Positions 1 through 8,390 of a stretch of DNA of 64,000 bases are shown one piece after another. Numbering within the stretch: the first letter of the stretch is position 1; every line of letters begins with the position of its first letter. Below the pieces are notes generated by a model, which did not search any database, was not told where the DNA came from, and worked only from the letters and a program-made list of their open reading frames with translations. The DNA is from Candidatus Latescibacterota bacterium (GTDB lineage Bacteria > Latescibacterota > UBA2968 > UBA8231): assembly GCA_963422735.1 (NCBI GenBank), contig OY730476.1:96001-160000 (forward strand). Direction: 5' to 3'. Made by a program: the position numbers and the translations under genes.

Positions 1-77
1 TGAACAAATGTTTAGTTGTCAAGGGATGAAACGCAAAGGAAATGGCCCGCGTAAGAAGTGAGTTTTGAGGGCCTGTT

Positions 78-329
78 TTGGCTTTTGCTCGGGGGACCAA
101 GCCGGAACAACGTCTCCATCAAACGATGCTTCTCTATAGAAAATGGCGAAACTTGCACAACGTCGTCTCATTTAGAATGCCGTATAAATCCCTCGTCTTT
201 GACGTCGATGCAGGATTCGGTGAAATTGTCATTGCCCAAGGGCGTCATGTCGCCTACTCGCACAAAGGAGTTAATCCCGTGCTCATCCTTGCCCATATCG
301 CCATCGTCTGCAATCCAGACAGCCGCTGA
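78..329 (+). CDS. small hypothetical protein (start uncertain, possibly ATG 126)
   Basis: ORF ends 5 nt before the aroK-like start on the same strand; no recognisable motif. Confidence 0.4.
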   Translation: MAFARGTKPEQRLHQTMLLYRKWRNLHNVVSFRMPYKSLVFDVDAGFGEIVIAQGRHVAYSHKGVNPVLILAHIAIVCNPDSR

Positions 330-334
330 ACGCC

Positions 335-925
335 TTGTCCAACTACTACGAGCCAGGCCCGCTGGTCCTGTTGCAACGTCCGGTAGCTCTCATCGGCTTC
401 TTGGGAGTTGACCAACACAGCTTGGGCCGCGATTTGGCCGCCTTGAGTGGCCTGCCCCTCATCGAAGTGGATCACTGGATCGAACACGAGGCCGGCCAGT
501 CTCTGGTTCCCCTCGTGCAGACGCAGGGCATAGAGGCCCTGCGCCAATTAGAGAACCGCTTTCTCGCCCAAGCACTGGTCTCTAGTCCGCCTGGGGTCGT
601 CGTCTTGGGCGATGGGGCGCTGCTCAAAGAAGCCAACCTCCGGCAGGTGCTGGACAAAGCGACGTTGGTGTATCTCAAATTATCGCTGGCTAGTACCTAT
701 TGGAAGGTGCGCCATCAAGCCCTAGAAACGCCGCGATGGCCGCATCCACTGCTGCTGCAACCGCCCGAAAATACGGCGCAACTCAGGCCGCTGTTGGCCG
801 AGCGCCAAATCGGCTTTGACCAAGCCCATGTAACGTTGGATATGGACGAGATGACTCCGGAGGTGGCCCTGCGCCACTTGTTGGATAAACTGCCCCAATG
901 GGGGATAGCGAGGCCCTTATCTTAG
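335..925 (+). CDS. aroK: shikimate kinase-like protein with degenerate P-loop
   Basis: LIGFLG...LGRDLA, EVDHWIE, G-IEALRQLE, VVVLGDG and LVYLKLS follow the AroK pattern, but Walker A reads GVDQHS instead of GxGKS. Confidence 0.75.
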   Translation: MSNYYEPGPLVLLQRPVALIGFLGVDQHSLGRDLAALSGLPLIEVDHWIEHEAGQSLVPLVQTQGIEALRQLENRFLAQALVSSPPGVVVLGDGALLKEANLRQVLDKATLVYLKLSLASTYWKVRHQALETPRWPHPLLLQPPENTAQLRPLLAERQIGFDQAHVTLDMDEMTPEVALRHLLDKLPQWGIARPLS

Positions 926-1001
926 GATTGCCCTACCTCGCCTCCAGCGGTACTTTCTTGGCCGAAATCGCCCTTGTTCCCATCATCTCAGGAGACTTCT
1001 C

Positions 1002-2483
1002 ATGTTAGACCCGCAGTACCTCCTCAGCGACGAGGAGATGCAGCAGTTTATAGCCGAGGGCTGTCTCACGCTCAAATCCTCGCTGCCCGCCTCCCTCCAC
1101 CGAGACATCTATCAGCGCACCGAAGAGGTCTTTGCCAAGGAGGGCAATCCCGGCAACAACATCCTGCCCCGCCTCCCGAGGTTGCAACAGGTCTTTGACG
1201 ATCCAGTCATACGCGGTGCCCTCACTTCGGTGGTAGGGCCGGATTACATCATGCACGCCCACCGTCACTGCCACATCAATCGGCCCGGCAGCCAGGGCGG
1301 CGGCTGGCACAAGGATAGCTATTGGGGCTATCGCAAGGTGCGCTATCACCGCAATCGCTGGGTGATGATCTTCTACTACCCACAAGACGTCACTTTGGAA
1401 AACGGCCCCACCGCCGTCATGCCCGGCACTCACTACTATAACGACCGCGCAGCCGACGAGAAGGACGAGCGCCACTTGCCGGTCTGCGGCGAAGCTGGTA
1501 CCTGCACCTTAGTGCATTTTGACTTGTGGCACCGGGCCATGCCCAACAGTACGGACGCCAACCGCTACATGATGAAGTTCCAATTTACCCGCCTCAGCGA
1601 GCCGAGCCGGCCCACTTGGAACATCCAAGCCCCGGGGTGGCCGGCCAACGGCTCTGTGCCCTCTGTCAAGCATCGAGTCGTGTGGTCGCGGATATGGGAT
1701 TGGCACGCAGGCACCCAAAGTCGCGCCGAGGTCAGCGGGCAAATCGAGCAACTGATCGAGTCCCTTAACGGGACGTTGGAACAACGCTTGGCCGCGACCG
1801 ACGCCCTCGGCGGGTTAGGGGAAAAAGCCGCTCCCGCACTAGACGCGCTGCTCGGCGCGCTGGGCGATGAGGCCGAGGGCGTGCGCCTCAACGCCGCCTA
1901 TGCGCTCGGTGCAATGGGTGCGGCCGCAGTAGGCCCTTTGCTTATAGCTCTCGACGACGTGCGCGAGCACGTGCGCGAACACGCGGCCTATGCGCTCGGT
2001 GCGATGGGGGAGGAGGCAGTAGAAGCCTTGGTTGCGGTCCTCGGCGATGAGTGCGCCCACGTGCGGGGTTTTGCCGCGTACGCGCTGGGCGACATGGGGG
2101 CGCGGGCAGGTGCTGCGGCTGCGACCGCCCTGTGTGAACTGAGCGACGACCCAGACATACAGGTGCGGCGCAACGTGGCCGAGGCCCTCGGAACCATTGA
2201 GCTGAATCCAGAAGCGTCCGTGCCCGCGTTGGCCGCGCTGCTGGCGGACGAGGACGAGCAAGTGCGCTTCAACGCCGCATACGCGCTGGCCCACTTCGGC
2301 CCGACGGCCGCGTTGGCCACGGCCGCGTTGGCTGAGGCTCTCAGCGACGAGAATCGCTACGTCCAGGGGCACAGCACGGCGGCCCTGCAACAGATTGGAA
2401 CGCCCCAAGCTCAAGGCGTATTGCTGCACCATTTGACGGCGGCGCGCTGGTGCTCCATAACGACCAAGGAGACCACGTTCTGA
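1002..2483 (+). CDS. phytanoyl-CoA dioxygenase (PhyH) family protein fused to HEAT/PBS-lyase repeats
   Basis: WHKD, NGPTAVMPGTH and LWHRA Fe(II)/2OG motifs; C-terminal repeats VRLNAAYALG, VREHAAYALG, VRFNAAYALA; AGGAGA RBS. Confidence 0.85.
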   Translation: MLDPQYLLSDEEMQQFIAEGCLTLKSSLPASLHRDIYQRTEEVFAKEGNPGNNILPRLPRLQQVFDDPVIRGALTSVVGPDYIMHAHRHCHINRPGSQGGGWHKDSYWGYRKVRYHRNRWVMIFYYPQDVTLENGPTAVMPGTHYYNDRAADEKDERHLPVCGEAGTCTLVHFDLWHRAMPNSTDANRYMMKFQFTRLSEPSRPTWNIQAPGWPANGSVPSVKHRVVWSRIWDWHAGTQSRAEVSGQIEQLIESLNGTLEQRLAATDALGGLGEKAAPALDALLGALGDEAEGVRLNAAYALGAMGAAAVGPLLIALDDVREHVREHAAYALGAMGEEAVEALVAVLGDECAHVRGFAAYALGDMGARAGAAAATALCELSDDPDIQVRRNVAEALGTIELNPEASVPALAALLADEDEQVRFNAAYALAHFGPTAALATAALAEALSDENRYVQGHSTAALQQIGTPQAQGVLLHHLTAARWCSITTKETTF

Positions 2484-3733
2484 GCGAATCGCGTGTGAAG
2501 GCTCGGGTCCACCAATACATCGAGAAGCACCAAGAGCAGTTGCTCGGCAACGCGCAGGCACTAGTCCGCGTGGATACCATCAATCCGCCGGGGCATAACT
2601 ACCAAGTGCTGACCGACGCGCTCTTGGGGCGCTGTCAGGGCTTGGACATGCAGGCCAAAGTCCACCGCGTCCCAGACCAAGAGGTGCGCCGCGTGCTCGG
2701 CTCGGACGAGTTTTCGCGCTACAACCTGATTGCTCGTTGGGACGCTGGCCGGCCGCAGAGGGTGCATTTTAACGCCCACTACGATGTGGTGCCCTGCGCC
2801 GGGCAGTGGAAATTCGGCGACCCTTTCGAGCCAGGGCTCGCCGCCGGTGCGCTCTACGGCCGCGGTGCCGGGGACATGAAAGGGTCGATCGCCGCGTTGC
2901 TGATGGCCGTGGAGGCGCTCAAGGCAGCGGGTGCTGAGCCGGCTTTCAACATTGAGTGTTCGTTCACGGCCGACGAGGAGACTGGTGGCCAATTGGGCGC
3001 GGGATGGATTGTAAACAAGGGGTTAGTGAATGCCGATTTCGCGGTCGTCTGCGAGGGAGCGGCCGGGACGCAGGTCGGCTGCGGTCACAACGGCGTGTTG
3101 TGGTTGGAGGTCGAGCTAACGGGCAAGGCTGCCCACGCCTCTAGGCCCGAGCAAGGGGTCAATGCCTTTGAGGCCATGGCGGATGTGGTGCAAAAGCTAC
3201 AAGCCTACAAGACGCAACTCAACGCAGCCGAGCGCCGCTATGTGGACTTCGATGGCGAGGTGCGCAACCCCACGCTCAACATCGGTGGAACGTTCTCGGG
3301 CGGGGAAGGCGATAAAGTAAACACCGTGCCCGCCCGCGCCCGCTTTTCGCTGGACCGCCGCTTGGTGCCCGGCGAGCAGATCGCGGCCGTCGAGCGCGAG
3401 CTGAGACGCGCTGTGGAGCGGGCTGCCGAGCCACCCTGCCGAGTGGCAGTGCCTTTGCGGATTGAACCTTGCGTCGTCGATGCCGATCACGCGTTGCCCC
3501 AGGCCTTTGCACGGGCCGTGCAAGCTGTGCGCCGCCGCGCCGCTGGCTACCGGCTCAGCTCTGGCTTTACGGATTTGCACTACTTTGCGGTTGCCGGTGG
3601 CCTGCCCGGCATTGGCTATGGCGTAAAGGGCGAGCGCATTCACGGGATAGATGAGCGCGTGCGGGTGCGCGACTTGGTGTTGACGGCCCGCACGTACGCC
3701 GAGTTTATGCTGCGCGGCTTGGAGGTCCATTGA
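2480..3733 (+). CDS. M20 family metallopeptidase/deacylase (ArgE/DapE-like)
   Basis: FNAHYDVVP, LYGRGAGDMKG, ADEETGG, GKAAHAS, IHGIDE; the start is a guess (CTG 2480 after AAGGAGA, overlapping the upstream stop). Confidence 0.9.
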   Translation: MSESRVKARVHQYIEKHQEQLLGNAQALVRVDTINPPGHNYQVLTDALLGRCQGLDMQAKVHRVPDQEVRRVLGSDEFSRYNLIARWDAGRPQRVHFNAHYDVVPCAGQWKFGDPFEPGLAAGALYGRGAGDMKGSIAALLMAVEALKAAGAEPAFNIECSFTADEETGGQLGAGWIVNKGLVNADFAVVCEGAAGTQVGCGHNGVLWLEVELTGKAAHASRPEQGVNAFEAMADVVQKLQAYKTQLNAAERRYVDFDGEVRNPTLNIGGTFSGGEGDKVNTVPARARFSLDRRLVPGEQIAAVERELRRAVERAAEPPCRVAVPLRIEPCVVDADHALPQAFARAVQAVRRRAAGYRLSSGFTDLHYFAVAGGLPGIGYGVKGERIHGIDERVRVRDLVLTARTYAEFMLRGLEVH

Positions 3734-4470
3734 GCGAAAACCTGCAACGCTTCTTGTGGACGGCGTACGACCGTTTGGGCGGGCTGGTGGGCTACAACTT
3801 GCTGTGGAGCGCGTTGAGCCTGCCTTGGATCGGCGGGGCCTACCTGCTTTTGCAGCTGGGGTTTGGGCTGGGCGGCTTGGGCTTGATGGGGGCTGTCGTC
3901 TTAGCTGGTACCTTGCTGTTGAGCTCACCGGCCACGGCGATGCTTTTCGCCGCTGGGGCGGCTTGGGTGCAGGGCAGGGACTTTGGCCTGCGAGAGTTCT
4001 GGGCGGCTGGCCGCGCGCTTTTTTGGCGCGCCCTCGCGCTGGGGTTGCTGATGGTCGCCGCTGTCGCACTGGTACTGGCCAACGTGGTTTTTTACCAGCA
4101 GATCGGCGGCTGGCTGGGGGTGTTTTTGGGTGGGCTGATGGTCTGGTTTCTGCTGCTGGTGGGCATGGTCGCAGTGTATGTTTTTCCGGTGCTGGTCACT
4201 CAGGAAGGGTCGGTGTGGGCCACGGTGCGCTACAGCTTTCTCCTGTCGGTTGATAATGTAAAGCTCTCGCTAGTTTTTCTACTGAGTGCAGGCTTGGCTT
4301 TGGGCCTTGGCGTCGCTTCTGGAGTGGGTTTGTTCTGCGGCGGCTTGGCGGCTTGGGCCCTGTGGATCAGCGTCGGCTTTCGTGCACTCTTGCCCAAGTA
4401 CACAGGCCAGTCTCTGCCCAGTGAAGCCCCGCGCCGGCTGCGCGAACTAATTCGCCCTTGGGAGGCTTGA
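3730..4470 (+). CDS. integral membrane protein (DUF624/YesL-like)
   Basis: several hydrophobic segments, NLLW..LSLP and PATAMLFA patterns; TTGA overlap with the upstream gene. Confidence 0.7.
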   Translation: MSENLQRFLWTAYDRLGGLVGYNLLWSALSLPWIGGAYLLLQLGFGLGGLGLMGAVVLAGTLLLSSPATAMLFAAGAAWVQGRDFGLREFWAAGRALFWRALALGLLMVAAVALVLANVVFYQQIGGWLGVFLGGLMVWFLLLVGMVAVYVFPVLVTQEGSVWATVRYSFLLSVDNVKLSLVFLLSAGLALGLGVASGVGLFCGGLAAWALWISVGFRALLPKYTGQSLPSEAPRRLRELIRPWEA

Positions 4471-4473
4471 GCA

Positions 4474-6036
4474 TTGGACTTGCCCAAACTGGTAACGGGC
4501 CGAGAAATGGCTGCGGTCGATCGGCGCACCATCGCCGAGGCGGGCATCCCCAGTGCCGAACTCATAGAGCGGGCCGGTACAGAGGTGGTTGCGGCCATTG
4601 CAGCGCGTTGGGATGGGTTGGCCGGTTTGCAGGTCGTGGTGCTGTGCGGGAAAGGCAACAATGGTGGCGATGGGTTTGCCGTGGCGCGGCTCTTGCGCGC
4701 TGGCGGTGGTTCGGCGCGCGTCTTCCTCGCGGCAGACCGCGCTGCCGTACAAGGGGCCGCAGCCGAGCACTTGCGGCGTTGCGAACAGGCGGGCTGTGCT
4801 ATCGAAGTGATCGGCGAGGATGTAGCTCCGCTCGACGCCGCCCTCCGCGAAGCCGACTTGGTGATTGACGCGCTTTTGGGGACCGGATTGCGAGGGGCAC
4901 CCCGTCCCTCCATTGCGCGCGTCATTGCGCGCATTGCCCATTGTGCGCGGCCGGTAGTGGCCGTGGATATCCCCTCGGGGGTCGAAGCCGACACCGGGCG
5001 GGTCCACGGCGCGGCCGTTCAAGCGATGCTGACGGTGACTTTCGGATTGGTCAAAGTCGGGCAGTTGTTCTACCCCGGCCGGTCGCATTGCGGTGCATTG
5101 CACTTGGCCAATATCGGCTTCCCCGAGTTCATTCTGTGCGATGCGGTTGCCCAAGCTCTGCTGCTTTCCGCCGAAGGGGTGGGGCCTTTAGTGCCTCGGC
5201 GTCGTGGCGACGAGCACAAGGGAAGCTGCGGGACAGTGGCCGTGGTCGCGGGTTCGGTGGGCATGACCGGAGCGGCCGCACTGACGGCGGATGCCGCGCT
5301 CAGGAGCGGGGCCGGCCGCGTCCATCTAGGAGTGCCGGCAAGTCTCAACGACGTTCTCGAAATCAAGCTCTCTGAGGTGATGACCCGGCCGTTGCCTGAA
5401 GTGCGCAAGCGGCGCTGTTTGTCGCTGCGGGCCTTGGGCGCGGTGTGCGCTATGTTGACGCGAGCCGATGTCTTGGGATTGGGGCCGGGTTTGGGGTGCT
5501 ATCGAGAGACCGAGGAACTGGTGCGACGGTTGGTGTTGCAAGCCGAACTGCCCCTCGTTCTGGATGCGGACGGACTGAACTCTTTCGCCGGGCGAGCCGA
5601 TGCCCTAAAGGACCGCTCGGCACCGCTGGTCCTCACGCCCCATGTGGGCGAGTTAGCCCGCTTGAGCGGGTTGGACAAGCGGCAGATTGTCGACGCGCCC
5701 ATGGCCGTGGCCCGCGACTTTGCCGGCGAATTCGGCGCGACGCTCGTGTTGAAGGGCGCACCGACCGTCGTGGCTTTGAGCGATGGGCGCGTGGCGGTCA
5801 ACTCCACGGGCAATGCGGGCATGGCCACGGCCGGGTCGGGCGACGTGCTGACCGGGATCATCGCCGGGTTGATGGCCCAAGGGCTAGGTGCGGAGGCTGC
5901 GGCCTGTCTCGGAGTCTACGTCCACGGCCGGGCCGGCGATCGGGCGGGCGAGCGGCTGGGGGAATGGGGGATGCGGGCGGGCGATATAGCCGACGAAATC
6001 GCCTTGGCCATGGTGGATGCGGCGCGATCTGCTTGA
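4474..6036 (+). CDS. nnr: bifunctional NAD(P)H-hydrate epimerase/dehydratase
   Basis: GKGNNGGDG, DALLGTG, AVDIPSG, HKGSCG, VLDADGL, LTPHVGE, MATAGSGDVLTG. Confidence 0.95.
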   Translation: MDLPKLVTGREMAAVDRRTIAEAGIPSAELIERAGTEVVAAIAARWDGLAGLQVVVLCGKGNNGGDGFAVARLLRAGGGSARVFLAADRAAVQGAAAEHLRRCEQAGCAIEVIGEDVAPLDAALREADLVIDALLGTGLRGAPRPSIARVIARIAHCARPVVAVDIPSGVEADTGRVHGAAVQAMLTVTFGLVKVGQLFYPGRSHCGALHLANIGFPEFILCDAVAQALLLSAEGVGPLVPRRRGDEHKGSCGTVAVVAGSVGMTGAAALTADAALRSGAGRVHLGVPASLNDVLEIKLSEVMTRPLPEVRKRRCLSLRALGAVCAMLTRADVLGLGPGLGCYRETEELVRRLVLQAELPLVLDADGLNSFAGRADALKDRSAPLVLTPHVGELARLSGLDKRQIVDAPMAVARDFAGEFGATLVLKGAPTVVALSDGRVAVNSTGNAGMATAGSGDVLTGIIAGLMAQGLGAEAAACLGVYVHGRAGDRAGERLGEWGMRAGDIADEIALAMVDAARSA

Positions 6037-6061
6037 CATGTTTAGGGCGATGCTGTACTGT
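6033..6061 (+). promoter_or_regulatory. sigma70-type promoter candidate
   Basis: TTGACA-17 nt-TACTGT upstream of the ATG at 6126. Confidence 0.5.
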
Positions 6062-6125
6062 GGAAACGGGGTGCCGGGGTAGGCACTTCTTGGCTTTTGC
6101 ACACTTAATTTACAGGGCTTGCGTT

Positions 6126-6620
6126 ATGGCCGACGTCAAAGATGCCATTGAAGAAATGATCGAAGAGTCGTACTTGCTGGGGCTTTCGGAAGACGAGATC
6201 CTCGCGGATTTCAGCCGCTTTATCGATACCTGCTATACCGTTATTCAGGACAATGTAAAAAGCCGCGAAGCCCTTAGCTGCTTGGCCGGGAATTTGGCGC
6301 GGGAGAAGACCAGTACTCGCAGCGCCGATCGTTCCACCGCGCTGGGCAAGGTCGCGGCCAAGGACGCCCAGCGAGCCTGCGCTGAAAAAGCGGCGCGCCG
6401 CAAGCGCATGGTCCTAAAGGCCATTGCCGACTACGACCCCCACCTCGTCCTCCTCATCAACGAGCAGCGCTTTCAGGTAGATATCAAGGAAGAAGTGGCG
6501 CCCCCCAAGCTCAAGGTCCGTCAGGGTCGCGATTGGGAGCACTACGGCCAGCTCTTGCTCAAAGCCGGCTACACCACTGTAATCGCGCTCATCTTATTCC
6601 TCATATATTTAAGGTTTTAA
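6126..6620 (+). CDS. hypothetical protein with C-terminal transmembrane anchor
   Basis: MADVKDAIEEMIEESY...; ends TTVIALILFLIYLRF; the longer 5445 ORF overlaps nnr. Confidence 0.7.
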   Translation: MADVKDAIEEMIEESYLLGLSEDEILADFSRFIDTCYTVIQDNVKSREALSCLAGNLAREKTSTRSADRSTALGKVAAKDAQRACAEKAARRKRMVLKAIADYDPHLVLLINEQRFQVDIKEEVAPPKLKVRQGRDWEHYGQLLLKAGYTTVIALILFLIYLRF

Positions 6621-6738
6621 CCGTTTGCACCTGAAATTTGGACTGTGGTCTGTGCAGATACGGCACCAGCGCAAATTCGCGTAAATCTATAGCCAGTATA
6701 GCCAAAATTTGCCTTTGTTGAGGTTCCGCAAATTCGCA

Positions 6739-7328
6739 ATAACTACGGATTTACTGCCCGATTTTATCCGCCAGCACTACGAAGTCCACCAGTGGAAGTA
6801 CGCCTGGGCTATTATTGAACGAGGACTTTCCCGATGAGTGGAACGACATCCTTGCGGTCTTGCAGGAGTTTCGTCTTAGAAAAAGCTGGATAGTGAATCA
6901 TGGTGGCCGGAAATCCGCGATTTCGTCTTTCATTGACAATTATCTATACGAAAGAGCTTGGCAAGAAAAGGAATTCTCAACGAGGGTTGTAATAGACGAA
7001 GCTAGCCGCGATACGCCAACGTACAAAATAGACTGTTTCCGCAATCGAGTGGCTCTCGAAATAGAATGACACAACAAGGATCCATTCCACGACCGGGGCT
7101 TGAATAACTTCAGGCTTCTTTTCGATCTTCTTGCCATTAGCGTCGGGGCATTGCCCTTCGGTGCGATGAACTCCAGGACCTCTTCAATGCCCTGAACAAA
7201 GGGCCGTCTTACGGGGCATCGACAACGCATATAAGCAAGTTACTTCTGCGAATCGAAGGAGGCGGAGGGGCGGCTGTCCCATCTTGGTGTTCGGCATCTC
7301 GAAAAAGCTGTATATAGAGGATGAGTGA
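6739..7328 (+). pseudogene. BglII/BstYI-family type II restriction endonuclease, disrupted
   Basis: stitched frames read TDLLPDFIRQHYEVHQWKYA / LNEDFPDEW...GGRKS...KIDCFRNRVALEIE*HNKDPF..R.LNNFRLLFDL / RCDELQDLF..YGASTTH..KLL.RIEGGG / GCPILVFGISKKLYIEDE; start codon appears as ATA, one TGA at a conserved Trp, about three frameshifts. Confidence 0.85.
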
Positions 7329-7687
7329 ATGACCGCAGCCAACGATTTGCTTGCCTCAGTCGGCGAGCGGAAGTTTTCGACCCTTCTCGCCGATCCGCCG
7401 TGGCAGTTCCACAACCGGACGGGCAATATGGCACCAGAACACCGGCGTCTGTCTCGGTATTCGACCATGGCTTTGCAGGACATTGAGTGCTTGCCGATCG
7501 AATCGATTGCCGAGGAAACCGCGCATCTGTACTTGTGAATACCCAACGCGCTATTGGCGCACGGGCTGCAAGTGATGGATCGTTGGGGATTCAACTACAA
7601 GACGAACATCGTCTGGTACAAGGGGCGAAAAGACGGCGGACCGGACCGGCGGGGCGTGGGATTCTACTTTCGCAATGTGACGGAAAT
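7329..7687 (+). pseudogene. MT-A70 family adenine methyltransferase, premature stop and 3' truncation
   Basis: LADPPWQF, AHLYL*IPNALL (TGA at a Trp position), [24 protein letters not shown], then runs into the carB fragment. Confidence 0.85.
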
Positions 7688-8018
7688 CGGCCACGATTAT
7701 GACCGATCCAGAGGTGGCTCATCGGACCTACATTGAGCCGATCACGCCGGAGATTTTCGCGCGGATCATCGCCGTGGAAAAGCCGCAGGCCCTGCTGCCG
7801 ACGCTTGGAGGCCAAACCGCGCTCAACGCGGCGGTGGCCTTGGCCGAAAGCGGTACCCTCTCCGAGCACGGCGTCGAGATGATCGGCGCTCGGATCGAGG
7901 CTATCAAGATGGCCGAAGACCGCGAGTGCTTCAAAGCGGCTATGGGCCGGGTTGGACATGCCTCGCGGATCTTTTGTCCACAGTCTTGAAGAGGCGCAAA
8001 AGAACCAAGCTGAATTGG
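7685..8018 (+). pseudogene. diverged internal fragment of carB
   Basis: aligns by eye to 10093-10432 (MTDPEVA...YIEPITPE...[19 protein letters not shown]) with many third-position differences and a 5-nt deletion near 7948. Confidence 0.9.
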
Positions 8019-8105
8019 AATCGCCCAAGGCTGTAAAACCTGTGGCTGCGGCCCGCTTAGGTATATATCCCCATGGCTAGACGAAAGATGTGGTAGGACC
8101 AGTTA

Positions 8106-8378
8106 GTGTGGATGAGTGATGATGAGGCAGTGGGTGGCGGCGGTAAGCACTGTACAGCCGACTGCTACATTCAATGGGGTTGCGATTCCTGTAAGGGTCG
8201 AAGTTGCTTTTTTATCCTTTTTGTTCTGGTTTGCCGCACTGTCTGCAATGATACAGGCGGAATAGGATGTCTCTATGGAGAAGACCATAGAAATGCTAAC
8301 TGTGCCCATCGGTGTCAGGGAGTTGTTTGTGGTGCAACCTCTGCGTGTTCATGCACAGTCGGTCTATGTTATTGTTAG
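8106..8378 (+). CDS. Cys-rich small peptide (15 Cys in 90 aa), possible defensin-like/RiPP precursor
   Basis: AGGA 7 nt before GTG; acidic SDDEAVGGGG followed by a Cys-dense core ending CSCTVGLCYC; next gene starts 12 nt after the stop. Confidence 0.65.
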   Translation: MWMSDDEAVGGGGKHCTADCYIQWGCDSCKGRSCFFILFVLVCRTVCNDTGGIGCLYGEDHRNANCAHRCQGVVCGATSACSCTVGLCYC

Positions 8379-8390
8379 AAAGGCGAGACA

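Noticed and set aside
5445-6125. Long N-terminal extensions and antisense/alternate-frame ORFs (e.g. 5445, 11902-13191 minus, 17550-18746, 22551-23744, 16368)
   Set aside because: Arg/Pro/Ala-rich shadow frames of well-supported genes, as expected in high-GC DNA.
7067-7538. In-frame TGA at conserved Trp positions in both RM genes, suggesting TGA=Trp recoding
   Set aside because: Other Trp codons in the same genes are TGG, there are also frameshifts, and host genes end in TGA; simple G-to-A decay explains it.
8094-8096. TAG read-through (pyrrolysine or recoding) extending the Cys-rich peptide
   Set aside because: No pyl genes are visible, TAG is a common stop here, and an RBS-like AGGA supports the downstream start.
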